Source of the DNA: an uncultured Acidobacteriota bacterium
GTDB taxonomy: Bacteria > Acidobacteriota > Polarisedimenticolia > J045
Length of the DNA: 64,000 bases
NCBI GenBank assembly: GCA_963702425.1
Contig: CAVPCQ010000032.1
Span: forward strand, 128,001 to 192,000
Reading direction: 5' to 3'
Shown here: piece after piece, positions 39,404-49,692 of the stretch
Position numbering within the stretch: the stretch's first letter is position 1
How the letters are laid out: each line of letters begins with the position of its first letter
Notes under the pieces: generated by a model
Told to the model about the DNA's origin: nothing
The model's input: only the letters and a program-made list of their open reading frames with translations
The model's database searches: none
Translations under genes and position numbers: made by a program

Positions 39404-39979
39404 GTGGGGTCCGGGGACATTCCGCGCGAGTCCGACGCTGCGGCGGGAGGCGCCGCCGAGGAGGCGTTGGCGCAGGCAGCGATCGAAACCCTCCGGTGGC
39501 GAGTCATCGCCGCCGTGCGCAGGACCTGTCCGGCCTGGCTCGCCGAACGAGCCGAGGACATCGTCCAGAACGTCCTGACGCAACTGGTCGCGCAGGCCCG
39601 GGCCAGTGAGGGGGAGAGGACCTACTCGGCTATCTACTTGGAGAAGGCGGCCTACGGAGCGACCGTGGCGGAGATTCGCCGGCACTGCCGACGGCGGGAG
39701 GAGTCCATGGAGGAACGCGAGACGGTCCTCGAGACTCCGGCGCGCTACGCCGGCCCGGAGCGCGACGCCGCCGCGCACGAGATCGCCCGAGGGATCCAGG
39801 AGTGCCTGGCGCGGCTGCTTCCATCGCGCCGGATGGCGGTCGCGCTGCACCTCTACGGCTGCACGGTTCCGGAGACGGCGCGCCGGCTCGGGTGGACCCC
39901 CAAGAAGACCGAGAACCTCGTTCTCCGGGGTCTGCACGAGCTTCGCTCCTGCCTGGCGGCGAAGGGGCTGAGGCCATGA
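39404..39979 (+). CDS. ECF-type RNA polymerase sigma factor
   Basis: Region 2 (AEDIVQNV) and region 4 (LHLYGCTVPETARRLGWTPKKTENLVLRG). Confidence 0.88.
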   Translation: MGSGDIPRESDAAAGGAAEEALAQAAIETLRWRVIAAVRRTCPAWLAERAEDIVQNVLTQLVAQARASEGERTYSAIYLEKAAYGATVAEIRRHCRRREESMEERETVLETPARYAGPERDAAAHEIARGIQECLARLLPSRRMAVALHLYGCTVPETARRLGWTPKKTENLVLRGLHELRSCLAAKGLRP

Positions 39980-40641
39980 GCGGCGACACGTACCCGATCC
40001 GCGAACTGAGCGCGGCGCTGGGGCGCGTGACACAGATCGCGGGACAGGGCGAGCGGTGCCCCGCGCCGGATCGGCTCTGGGACTCCGCGCGCGAGCAGTT
40101 GTCGCGGACCGACGACCAGGCGGTGGTCCTGCACCTCGCGGAGTGTTCCGCGTGCGCCGCCGCGTGGCGGCTCGCTCGTGACCTGGCGGGGGCGAGCGTC
40201 GTTCCCGAGACGCTCGCCGAGCGGCCTCGCGAGCGGCGGTGGAACTGGACGCCGCTGGCGGCAGCGGCGGCGCTGCTCGTGGCAATCGCCGGCGGCGGGA
40301 TCTACCTGCTCTCCCAGCGTCCCGCTGCCGCGCCGGCGTACCGGGCGCAGCAGGAGGACTGGCTGCAGCCGGCCGCGGGGATGGAAGCGCCGCTGCCGCG
40401 CGAGCGGTTCGTGCTGCGCTGGACCCCGGGCCCCGAGGGTTCCACCTACGATCTCCGCGTGACGACCGAGCGGCTGGCGTTGCTGGCGCGCGTGCAGCGG
40501 CTCGATCGCGCGACATACCAGGTCCCGCCGGAATCGCTGCAGGACGTGGCCGCTGGCGGACGGGTCCTGTGGCAAGTGACCGCGCACCTGCCGGACGGCC
40601 GCCGGACGGACTCGCAGACGTTCATCGCGCTGCTCGAGTGA
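39976..40641 (+). CDS. Putative zinc-finger (ZAS) transmembrane anti-sigma factor
   Basis: HLAECSAC (HxxxCxxC), TM helix, C-terminal Ig/FN3-like segment; ATGA overlap with the sigma gene. Confidence 0.85.
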   Translation: MSGDTYPIRELSAALGRVTQIAGQGERCPAPDRLWDSAREQLSRTDDQAVVLHLAECSACAAAWRLARDLAGASVVPETLAERPRERRWNWTPLAAAAALLVAIAGGGIYLLSQRPAAAPAYRAQQEDWLQPAAGMEAPLPRERFVLRWTPGPEGSTYDLRVTTERLALLARVQRLDRATYQVPPESLQDVAAGGRVLWQVTAHLPDGRRTDSQTFIALLE

Positions 40642-40651
40642 CGGGAGCACG

Positions 40652-43523
40652 GTGACGCGGACCGCGCGGGCTCTCTCTTCGGCCGGCGTCGCGCTGGCGC
40701 TGGCGGGGTTCCCTTCCGCGCCGCTGGCGGCCCCTCCCCACCCCTCCGAAGCCATCGCACGCTGCCAGGCCGCCGTGCGCGACCACCCGAGCGACCTCGA
40801 GGCCTACCGCTGCTTCTGGTCGGCGGCGCGCAATCTCCAGTCGTGGGACGACGCGACCCGCGCGCTCGAGGCGATGCTGACGATCGATCCGGCGAACCAC
40901 CGGGCACGGCTGTACCTCGCGGCGATCGAGGCCGACCAGGGCCGGGACCGGGCCGAGTCGCTGTACGTCCAGGCCGCCGACGGCTTTGCAGCGACGAACG
41001 ACGCGACGGGCGAAGCGTACGCCCGGCTCGCCCTGGCCTACTTCCTGCGCGCCAGGAGCCGTCTCGACGCGGCGGGTCCGCAGCTCGAACGGGCGCACCG
41101 CGCAGCCAGCTCGTCCGGTGACCGGGTGCTCCTGGGACGGGTTCTTGCAGCCCGGGCGATGCTGTGCGCGGACCGCGAGGACTACGGCTGCGCGCTCCGC
41201 CTCGAACGCGAGGCCGAGACGGCGGTCTTCCCCGACGGTCCGTCCGACATCCGGTCCGCCGTCCTCTCGGGGCTCGGGCGGGTGCACTGGGCCCTGGGAC
41301 TCTACCGGAAGGCCACGGAGTTCTACGCGCGGGAAGTCGACGTTCTGAGCGCCGCAGGCGACCAGTTCGCGGTGGTCGGCCCCCGCTACAACATCGCGCT
41401 CCTGGCGGGCGAGATGCTCGAGTCGGGGCAGCTCGAGTCCGGCAGAGTACCTGGCGCGGGTCCGGGAGGTCCTGGATGCCGCACTCCGCGTCCATCACCC
41501 GGCGATCGAGATCCGCGCGCGTCTGCTCCTGGGCGAGGCCCTCGAGGGAGCGGCAGCGATCGACCAGGCGACCCGTGCGCTCGACCGCGCGCGCCAGGTC
41601 GGCGACCGGCGCAGCGCTCGCGCGGCACTCAACCTGCTGGCCCTGCGCACCGGGGACGCCGCACCGGACGGGCGCGACGAGGCGCTGTCCTTCGTCGATC
41701 GCTCGCTTGCGGACGCGCGCGCGACGGGAGAGACGGAGGACGTGGCGCGCGGCTTGATCGTTCGCGCCGAACTGCAGTGGAAGGCGGGCGACCACGACGG
41801 GTGGACCTCCACGGCGCAGGAGGCGATGGCCGCGATCGAGAAAGTCCGCGATCTCCAGCCCGAGGGGACCGTCCGCGCCCGCGTCTTCTCGCGCTGGGCT
41901 GAGGCGTATCACCGCTTTTCCGGCTGGCTGCTGGGCGACCTTGCAGGCTCGCCGTCCCCGGCGAGCGACCTCGACCTCGCGATCCGCATCGCGGAGCGGA
42001 TGCGCGCCCGGACACTGCTCGACGAACTCGATGCTGCGCATGTGCAACCATCCGCCGGCCGGGACGGCCCTCTCGGCGGGCGGCGGGCCGATGTACTCCG
42101 GCAAGATCGGCGAGGTCCAGAAGCGTCTGCTGGCGCCGTCCCTGGCCGCCGGAGACCGGCAGTCCGCGCTCGACGAACTCGAGCGCCTGGAAGCCGAGGA
42201 GGAGGACCTCCGGGATGCCCTTGCGCGCCAGGACCCCACCTTCGCGCGGCGGCGGGCGCCGTCGATCCCGTCGCTCGCCGAGCTGCAGGCGCGGCTTGCG
42301 GGCGACCAGGCGCTGCTGCTGTATCAGCTTTCGAGGCACGGGCGCTCCGCGTGGCGGAAACTCGACGCCGGCGGCTCGTGGGTCGTGGTGATGACGCGCG
42401 ACGAGGCGCGCGCGATCGCCCTTCCCGATGAGGACGTCCTCGAAGCGCAGATCGCGGTGTTCGTCGGCCTGTTCCTCCGTCGCGACGGCTCGGAGCGCGC
42501 CGCCGCCGGGGAACTCGGCCACGCGCTGCTGGCGGCGGCACTGAACGAGGCGCCGCCCAGGGTCCGCCGCCTGGTGATCGTTCCGGACGGCGTGCTGCAC
42601 CAGCTTCCGTTCGAGGCCCTCGCCGTGGACGGATCGGGCGCGCCCGTGATCGAGCGCTACGAGGTCGCCTATGCGCCGTCGGCGGCGCTGTGGCTCCGCT
42701 GGCAGCGAGGACGACCGGCCGGCCACGACCGGGGGCGTCCGGTCGCTGGCCGATCCGCTGCTCCCGGTCGCACCAGCCGCGGCAATCCAGCGCACCGCCG
42801 ACGGCTGGCTGGAGGGGTTGCGTCTCGGCCCGCTCGGTTCGCGATGCCGCGAGGGAAGCACCGAGGAGGGCCGGGAGAGGCGGTCGCGCACGCGGTGAGG
42901 CCACGGAGAAGCGCCTGAAGACGACCTCGCTCGGGGACTTCAGCGTGATCCACCTGGCGGCGCACGCCGTGGTGGACGACGACCATCCCGAGCGCTCGGC
43001 GGTCGTCCTTGCCCCGGGGGACGGCGAGGAGGACGGCCTGCTGCAGGCGTCCGAGATCGCCGGCCTGGACCTGCGGGGGAAGGTCGTCATCCTGTCGGCG
43101 TGCCGCACCGCGTCGGGGGCAGTGCTCGAGGGCGAAGGCGTAATGGGCCTGGCGCGCGCCTTCTTCGAGGCGGGAGCCCGGGCCGTCGTCGGCAGCCTGT
43201 GGCCACTTCGGGACGACGACGCGGCGGCCCTGATGGAGCAGCTCTCGCGGGAGCTCGCGCGCGGACAGCCTGTGGCGGCAGCGCTCGCGGACGCACGGCG
43301 GGAACGTCTCGCTGCCGGCGCGCCCACCGCCGCCTGGGCGGGTTTGGTGGTCCTCGGAGACGGCGACGCGGCGCCGCTGGCCGCGCGGCGCGGCGAAGCC
43401 GGTGCAGCGCCGCGCTGGCTCTGGTGGCTGGTTCCGACCGCCGTCCTGGCCGGCGCCGGATTCCTGGCGTACCGCGTCGTGCGCCGCATCCGGAACCCGC
43501 AGGGGTGCAGCGCGACGAGGTGA
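40652..43523 (+). CDS. TPR + CHAT (caspase-like) protease with signal peptide and C-terminal TM helix; about 4 frameshifts
   Basis: AERMRARTLLD, LVIVPDGVLHQLPFEAL, IHLAAHA, ILSACRT, GLARAFFEAGARAVVGSLW, WAGLVVLG. Frame switches near 41444, 42104, 42725 and 42840-42890. Confidence 0.88.
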
Positions 43524-43626
43524 GGCGTCGCCCGGCGTCCCGAAGGACTCCGTTGGGCGGCTCGCTGTGGCAACCCGACCGACCCTGGCGGCCCGATTGA
43601 CAAGCGCCGCGGTCCGGCGCGTCTTT

Positions 43627-44241
43627 ATGGGTGTGGGCCCGCGGGAACAGGGGAAGTACGGCGCGCCACAGCCGGAGGAGGGTTCCCCCTCCCGGCCCGC
43701 CGTCGATCCGTCCGCCGGGCGCTTCCGCGAGCTGTTCGACGCCCTCGCGAGCGGCAGCGTGGACGCCCTCGCGCCGCTCTACGACCTCTTTGCGGCCGAG
43801 TTGCACGGGCTGGCCCTCTGGCGCACCGGCTCGCGCGAGGACGCGGACGACGTCGTGCAGGAGCTGTTCTGCCGCCTGGCCGAGCAGCGGCATCGCCTGC
43901 GGAAGGTCGAGAACCCGCGCGCGTTTCTCCTCGCGATCGTCCATCGGCTGGCGATCGACCGGCACCGAGCGCGCCGGCGGCGCCCCGAATCGCCGCTCGA
44001 GACTGCACTCCTCGTGGCGGCACCGGAGGTCGACCCCTCCGTCGCCGAGGACGCGCGGCGCGCGTCCCGCGCGCTGGCGCAGCTCCCGGCCCCGCAACGC
44101 GAGGCGCTCTACCTGCACCAGATGTGCGATCTCCCGTACGCCTCGGTGGGACGCATCACCGGCGTCCCGACCTTCACCGCGGCGAGCCGCTGCCGGCTGG
44201 GCCTGCGCGCGCTGCGCCGCCTCCTGGAGCTCGAGCCATGA
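43627..44241 (+). CDS. ECF-type RNA polymerase sigma factor
   Basis: DADDVVQELF, IVHRLAIDRHR, LPAPQREALYL, TAASRCRLG. Start uncertain. Confidence 0.9.
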   Translation: MGVGPREQGKYGAPQPEEGSPSRPAVDPSAGRFRELFDALASGSVDALAPLYDLFAAELHGLALWRTGSREDADDVVQELFCRLAEQRHRLRKVENPRAFLLAIVHRLAIDRHRARRRRPESPLETALLVAAPEVDPSVAEDARRASRALAQLPAPQREALYLHQMCDLPYASVGRITGVPTFTAASRCRLGLRALRRLLELEP

Positions 44242-44591
44242 CTGATCCCCGCCCCGAACGGGACCCGCTCGCCGGATTCCGTGCTCCGCCGCCCGACGCG
44301 GTCCTGCGGGCTCGCACCCTGGCCACGGCACGAGTGGCGCTGGAACGGCGCGCGGCGCCGAGCGGCTGGCGTGCCGCGCTCGCCGGCCTGCGTGCGTCCC
44401 CGGCGCTGGCCTCGCTGGTCGCCTTGCTGCTGCTCGCGCACGCGCTGCTCTTCCTGGTCCCACCGTCGCAGCGGAGCGCGATCCCGGACCGTTCCCCCTC
44501 GGCGGTCCAACTGCGGGAACTCGCTGGGGCGGCCCCCGAAGTCGCGCCGCTCCCGCAGGTCCGGCCGCTGGCCGTCCCGATCGAGTCATAG
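44238..44591 (+). CDS. Small single-TM protein, putative anti-sigma factor
   Basis: ATGA overlap with the sigma gene; one hydrophobic helix. Confidence 0.6.
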   Translation: MTDPRPERDPLAGFRAPPPDAVLRARTLATARVALERRAAPSGWRAALAGLRASPALASLVALLLLAHALLFLVPPSQRSAIPDRSPSAVQLRELAGAAPEVAPLPQVRPLAVPIES

Positions 44592-44607
44592 AGAAGCGGA
44601 GGCTCCG

Positions 44608-45759
44608 ATGTCGATCCGGTACCGACCCTCCCGCACCTTCAAGGGGGCGCTTGCGACGCTTGCCGCCTTGCTGCTGGTGCTACTGATCGCTCGGGCGATC
44701 GTGCTCTGGGAGGGGTCCGCACCACCTGCGCCGGCGCCTCGCCCGGTCGTCGCGTCCGCCGCGCCGGATCACGCGCCGCCCGCGACGGTGCCCGCGCCGC
44801 GGCGCGTCGGCCTCGCGGACATGCCGGCCCCCTTCCCCTGGACCCGCTCCACCCCGCTTCCGCAGCCGCTCCGCTTCCGGGTCGATCTCGACCTGCTCGC
44901 GCCGCTCGGCACGGGCCCGGCGAACGCGGCGATCTGGTTCCGCGACTTCGCCAAGCTGGACGGCAGCCGCAGCGCGTGGGGGAGCGAGAAGCGCGTGATC
45001 CGTCCCGTGGGCGGGATCGACGAGAGCGTCTTCCCGCCCGACGACCCGGTCCTTCTCGAAGCGGAGCCGTGGGTCGACCAGGCCACCATGCGCTTCTACC
45101 CGGACGTGTGGCCGATGGCCGGACCCGAGACGCAGATCCCGAATCTTCTCTTCGAGATCACGCTCGCGAAGTCCTGGGCGGCACGCGCGGATGCGACGCG
45201 CGACGCCGCGCTGGCAAAGGAGGACTATCGGCGTGCCGTCCGCCTGGGCCGGCTGATCCTGCAGGACGACGTCACGCTGATCTCGAACCTGGTCGGCCTG
45301 GCGTGCGTCCGGATCGGGGCCCGTGGCCTCTACGAGCAGGCGCGCCGCGAGGGGGACGCCGAGACGATGCTCGCCGCCAGCCTCGCGCTGCACGACGCCG
45401 ACTGCATTCGCCAGCTCGCCGCGGAGCGGCTCACGAAAATCACCGTAAGCAATGAGCTGCGCTGGCACTGGTCGCGTCCGCTCAGCCCGACGATCCGCGC
45501 CACGGACGAGCAGTTCGAGGCCGCACTCGCGATGGCGAAGACGGACCCCTCGCACGCCCTGCGGCTCGAGGCGCAGTGGGCGCTCATGGGTTACGTCCTC
45601 GCCGGAACTCGAATGCAGGGACGGCAGGCGCGCGAAGCGCTCGCCGAACTCTCCCACGACCCGGACTCGCTCGTCGCGGCGTCGGCACGCGCGACGCTGG
45701 AAGCGGCGGACCGAACCGGTCTGCGGGAACTGCTGCGGATGCTGAAGGCCGGGCCGTAG
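44608..45759 (+). CDS. Hypothetical membrane-anchored alpha-helical protein
   Basis: GGAGG RBS; N-terminal TM; Pro-rich linker; TLISNLVGLA helical segment; HEAT-like end. Confidence 0.75.
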   Translation: MSIRYRPSRTFKGALATLAALLLVLLIARAIVLWEGSAPPAPAPRPVVASAAPDHAPPATVPAPRRVGLADMPAPFPWTRSTPLPQPLRFRVDLDLLAPLGTGPANAAIWFRDFAKLDGSRSAWGSEKRVIRPVGGIDESVFPPDDPVLLEAEPWVDQATMRFYPDVWPMAGPETQIPNLLFEITLAKSWAARADATRDAALAKEDYRRAVRLGRLILQDDVTLISNLVGLACVRIGARGLYEQARREGDAETMLAASLALHDADCIRQLAAERLTKITVSNELRWHWSRPLSPTIRATDEQFEAALAMAKTDPSHALRLEAQWALMGYVLAGTRMQGRQAREALAELSHDPDSLVAASARATLEAADRTGLRELLRMLKAGP

Positions 45760-45768
45760 GAGAGGATC

Positions 45769-45790
45769 GGGCCGGCACGGAGGCCGGCCC
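45769..45790. terminator. Stem-loop between convergent genes
   Basis: GGGCCGGC-acggag-GCCGGCCC between stops at 45759 and 45797. Confidence 0.45.
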
Positions 45791-45796
45791 CTTGGT

Positions 45797-46378
45797 TCAG
45801 CGAGCGAGCGCCTTCTCGAGCGTCGCCGTCAGCTCAGCCGACATCGGCTCCACCGCGGGCTCGAAGCGCGCGATCACGGTGCCGTCCTTCCCCACGAGGA
45901 ACTTGGTGAAGTTCCAGCGCACCTCGCCCTTGATCCCGTCGGGCGTCTTCTCGGTCAGCACCCGGTAGAGCGGCGCGATCTCCGGCCCCTTCGCGTGGAC
46001 CTTGGCCATCATCGGGAAGCTGACTCCGTACTTCTTCCTGCAGAAGGTCGCGATCTCGGTCGCGCTGCCCGGCTCCTGGCCGCCGAAGTCGTTCGAGGGG
46101 AAGCCGACGACGACGAGGCCGCGGTCCTTGTAGGTCTCGTACAGCTTCTCCAGCCCGGCGTACTGCGGGGTGTAGCCGCACTGCGACGCGGTGTTGACGA
46201 TCAGCAGCACCTTGCCGCGGAAAGAAGTCAGGTCGACGGTGGCGCCGTCCAGCGCCTGAACGGTCTGGTCGATCACGGGAGCGCCTCCGGGGGCGGGAGC
46301 CGCGGCGAACGTCGCCGGGGCCGTGGGCAGTGCGAAGCAGGCGATGAGTGCAACAAGGAACGTGCGGCAGGAGGGCAT
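45797..46378 (-). CDS. Glutathione peroxidase family protein (Cys type, with signal peptide)
   Basis: VNTASQCGYTPQY, GFPSNDFGGQEPG, WNFTKFLV. Confidence 0.95.
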   Translation of the reverse strand: MPSCRTFLVALIACFALPTAPATFAAAPAPGGAPVIDQTVQALDGATVDLTSFRGKVLLIVNTASQCGYTPQYAGLEKLYETYKDRGLVVVGFPSNDFGGQEPGSATEIATFCRKKYGVSFPMMAKVHAKGPEIAPLYRVLTEKTPDGIKGEVRWNFTKFLVGKDGTVIARFEPAVEPMSAELTATLEKALAR

Positions 46379-46525
46379 CCTGGACTCCGGGCAGTCCCGG
46401 AAGGGGGACCGAGCCGAAGACGATAGCGCGCGGCGTGGGGTACGGCCAATCGCGCCCGGCTGACGGTGCGCGTCGACGGGGTTCGCCCGGCCGGTCCCGC
46501 GCCCGCCCGCTGGTATCATTCCGCC

Positions 46526-47242
46526 ATGGCTGCCCCGCTTCCCGACGGCGACGGCCGCTTCCTCGCCGACCTCGACGTCACGCTCGACCTGCCCCTGGCA
46601 GGGATCGGGACGCGTGCGCTGGCCCAGGCACTCGACCTGCTTCTACTCGGTGCGCTGGCCGTCGTGACGGCCTTCGCGATCGTCGCGCTTTCAGCCGGGC
46701 TGCAGTGGAGCGGGCCGTGGGTCCTGCTGCCGATCTGCGTTCTCGCGCTCCCGTGGGCCTACTTCATCGCCTTCGAGCTGGCGCTGGGAGGGCAGTCGCC
46801 GGGCAAGCGGGTCCTCGCGCTGCGCGTCGTGCGCGACGATGGCGGGGAGATCGGCCCGCTCGCGTCGATCGTCCGGAATCTCCTGCGGCCGATCGACTTT
46901 CTCCCCGCAGCCTACGGGGTCGGGCTCGTGGTGATGTTCCTGAACCGGCACCAGAAGCGGCTCGGCGACCTCGCCGCGGGGACGGTCGTGGTCCGCGAGG
47001 CACATCGCGGCGCCGTGCTCGAGTCGCACCGCTGGCCGGAGCGGTTCCGCCCGCAGGATGTCGCGCTCGTCGAGGGGTTCCTCGCGCGGGCGGCGACGCT
47101 GCTCCCCGACCGCCGCGAGGAGCTGGCCTCGCAGCTGCTGCTCTGGCTGCAGCGCGACCACGCCGAGTTCGTCGGCGCGGTCCCGCCCGGCGAGGCGGCC
47201 CGGGAGACGATCGAGCGGCTTTTCGTCGGCGGCGCGGACTGA
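46526..47242 (+). CDS. RDD family protein
   Basis: RALAQALD, GQSPGKR, RNLLRPID, KRLGDLAAGTVVV. Confidence 0.92.
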   Translation: MAAPLPDGDGRFLADLDVTLDLPLAGIGTRALAQALDLLLLGALAVVTAFAIVALSAGLQWSGPWVLLPICVLALPWAYFIAFELALGGQSPGKRVLALRVVRDDGGEIGPLASIVRNLLRPIDFLPAAYGVGLVVMFLNRHQKRLGDLAAGTVVVREAHRGAVLESHRWPERFRPQDVALVEGFLARAATLLPDRREELASQLLLWLQRDHAEFVGAVPPGEAARETIERLFVGGAD

Positions 47243-47249
47243 GGCGCGG

Positions 47250-48209
47250 ATGGACTACCGGACGTTCCTCGAACGCGGGCGCGCGGAGTGGGACGCGGCG
47301 GAGTCGCTGCTCGCCCGCACGCGCCGCGCCGGACTGGCCGGCCTGCGCCACGCCGAGCTGGAGCGGCTCGCGTCGGTCCATCGCCGGGTCGTCTCGGACT
47401 TCGCCTTTGCGCGCAGCCAATTCCCCGGGACCGCGGCCGAGGCGCGGCTGCGCGCCCTCGCCTTCGCCGGCCACCGCACCCTCGGCCGGCGCGAGGAGCC
47501 GGTGCTGCCGCAGCTCCGACACTTCTTCCTCGGCGGAGGCTACGCGCGGGTCTTCCGCGCTGCGTCTGCCGAACTCGGGATCGCGCTCGCGATCTTCCTC
47601 GGAGCCGTCCTGCTGGGCGCGACGATCACGGTCGTGCGGCCGGAGTTCGCCGCCTACTTCCTCGGCCAGGAGACGCTGGAGTCGCTGCGGGACGGGGAGT
47701 TCTGGGTCGATCGCCTCTTCCGGATGGCCCCGCCGGCGTTGCTCTCCTCGGCAATCTTCAGCAACAACATCGGTGTCGCGCTCGTGGCGTGGGCCGGCGG
47801 GGCGCTCGCCGGCCTCCCGACGGTGTACCTCCTGGCGCAGAACGGGATGATGCTCGGCAGCATCTTCGTCGCCGCAGGCCAGTCGGGAATGACGCCGCGG
47901 CTGGCGACCTTCATCGCCGCCCACGGTCCGCTGGAGCTCTCGCTGATCATCGTCGCCAGCGCCGCCGGGCTGCAGCTCGCGCGGGGGGCGATCGAGCCGG
48001 GCCTGCCGAGCCGGGCGGCGGGCTTCGCCGAAGGCGGCCGCCGCTCGGTGAAGCTGATGCTCGGAACGGTCCCGTGGTTCGTCGTGCTCGGCCTGGTCGA
48101 GGCGTTCGTCTCGCCGGCCGCGGAGATTCCCATGGCAGCGAAGTCGGCACTCGGATGGGGCCTGCTCGGACTGTTCCTGGTCTGGGCCCTGGATCGGAGG
48201 GAGAAATGA
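47250..48209 (+). CDS. SpoIIM (DUF95) family membrane protein
   Basis: IFSNNIGVA, NGMMLG, HGPLEL, VEAFVSP. Confidence 0.9.
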   Translation: MDYRTFLERGRAEWDAAESLLARTRRAGLAGLRHAELERLASVHRRVVSDFAFARSQFPGTAAEARLRALAFAGHRTLGRREEPVLPQLRHFFLGGGYARVFRAASAELGIALAIFLGAVLLGATITVVRPEFAAYFLGQETLESLRDGEFWVDRLFRMAPPALLSSAIFSNNIGVALVAWAGGALAGLPTVYLLAQNGMMLGSIFVAAGQSGMTPRLATFIAAHGPLELSLIIVASAAGLQLARGAIEPGLPSRAAGFAEGGRRSVKLMLGTVPWFVVLGLVEAFVSPAAEIPMAAKSALGWGLLGLFLVWALDRREK

Positions 48210-49057
48210 GTGAGGCACCCGGGTCACTCTCGTTCGCGGAGGTCGTCGATCGCCCGATCGGGCTGGTACGGCAGCACTTCGGCCGGCTGCTGGCGGTCCC
48301 GCTCGTCGTGGAGCTGCCGCTGGCCGTGGTCACCGCGCTCCTTCAGTCGCGCCTCGGCGGGCTCGTCGCGGATCCCGCGAACCCGACGGCGGTCTTCGAA
48401 GCGCTGGTACCGCTCTACGCGGTCATGCTGCTGACCATGGTGGTCCACATGTTCGTACGGATCGCCGTCTACCACGCCGTTGCGGCGGCGCTCGACGGCC
48501 GGTCGACCTCGATCGGCGTGGCGTACGGCGCGGCCTTCTCGCCGCGCCCCGCGCTGACGGTGATCCTGGGGGCGATCCTGGTCGCGATCGGCATGTTCTG
48601 CTGCCTGGCACCGGGACTGATCCTCTGGATCTACTTCGCCTTCGTGATCCCGATCGTGCTGTCTGAGCGACTCGCCTTCGGGGCCGCGCTGCGCCGGTCG
48701 ATGACGCTCGTCGGCTGGAACCCGACCGGGCGCTTCGCCTACACGACGCAGTTGAAGGTGGTGCTCATCGGGCTGATCTTCGTGCTCGTCACGTACTCCC
48801 TGACCCTGCTCGTCGGGATTCCCGCCTTCGGCTGGGGGATCTTCAACGGCTTCAAGATGGCCTCAGGAGGGGGGACGCTGGAGGCCGCCCCGCTCTGGCT
48901 CCTGCTCCCGGTGTCGCTGGGGCAGGCGCTCGTCACCGCGATCGTCGGCCTCTACCCGGCTGTGGCGCTCACGCTGCTGTACCGCGACACCCGTGAGCGG
49001 ATGGAGGGGTCCGCGCTCGAGGACGCGATCCGCGAGCGGCTCGGTGAGGGGCCGTGA
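48206..49057 (+). CDS. Polytopic membrane protein typical of MoxR/DUF58 operons
   Basis: About 6 TM helices; ALRRSMTLV; TLLYRDTRERMEG; overlaps both neighbours. Confidence 0.8.
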   Translation: MSEAPGSLSFAEVVDRPIGLVRQHFGRLLAVPLVVELPLAVVTALLQSRLGGLVADPANPTAVFEALVPLYAVMLLTMVVHMFVRIAVYHAVAAALDGRSTSIGVAYGAAFSPRPALTVILGAILVAIGMFCCLAPGLILWIYFAFVIPIVLSERLAFGAALRRSMTLVGWNPTGRFAYTTQLKVVLIGLIFVLVTYSLTLLVGIPAFGWGIFNGFKMASGGGTLEAAPLWLLLPVSLGQALVTAIVGLYPAVALTLLYRDTRERMEGSALEDAIRERLGEGP

Positions 49058-49692
49058 GGCGTGTCGCCGCGTTCGCGTTCCTCGCGGTGGCCGACCCGGA
49101 CACCGCGCTCCTGCGACAGGTCGCCGTGCAGGAGCGCGTCGCGACCAGCGAGAGCGTGTCGGTCGCCGAGTACCTCGTCCACCTGCGCCAGTGGCTCCTC
49201 GAACGGCTCGCCGGGGGGCTTGCGAAGAGCGGTCTTTTCGGCGTCCTGATCCGCATCCTCCCCTGGATTCTGCTGGCAGTGGTCGTCTTCGGAATCGGCT
49301 GGCAGGTCTACTGCTGGTTCCGCGATGGCGTCCCGTCCCGCGGTACGCGGCGCGACCCGCAGGCCGAAGCGCTGCCTGCGGAGACGGCGGCGACCGACCT
49401 GCGCGCGCGGCTCGACGAGTGCCTCGCGCGGGGTGACGGCCGGGGCGCGTTGGGAGCGCTGTGGCGACTCGTCGCGACCACGCTCGAGACGCGAGGTCTC
49501 GGCCGCTTCGCCGAGGAGCGCACGAATCGCGAGTTCGTGGAGACGGTGCGACAGGCCGATCCCGCCTGGGGCCGGCTGCCGCGGTTGACCGACTTCGCGC
49601 GCGCAACCGATCGCCTGCTCTACGGGCAGCACGAGGTCGGGCCGGCCGCAGTGCGCGCGCTGCTTCCCGCGGCCGAGGAGCTGCTCGCGTGA
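49054..49692 (+). CDS. DUF4129-like protein
   Basis: TM helix then RTNREF...DRLLYG. Confidence 0.8.
   Translation: MRRVAAFAFLAVADPDTALLRQVAVQERVATSESVSVAEYLVHLRQWLLERLAGGLAKSGLFGVLIRILPWILLAVVVFGIGWQVYCWFRDGVPSRGTRRDPQAEALPAETAATDLRARLDECLARGDGRGALGALWRLVATTLETRGLGRFAEERTNREFVETVRQADPAWGRLPRLTDFARATDRLLYGQHEVGPAAVRALLPAAEELLA

Noticed and set aside
43597-43626. TTGACA upstream of the second ECF gene as a sigma70 promoter
   Set aside because: No convincing TANNNT at 16-18 nt spacing.
45797-46378. Glutathione peroxidase as a selenoprotein
   Set aside because: The active-site codon is TGC (Cys), not TGA.
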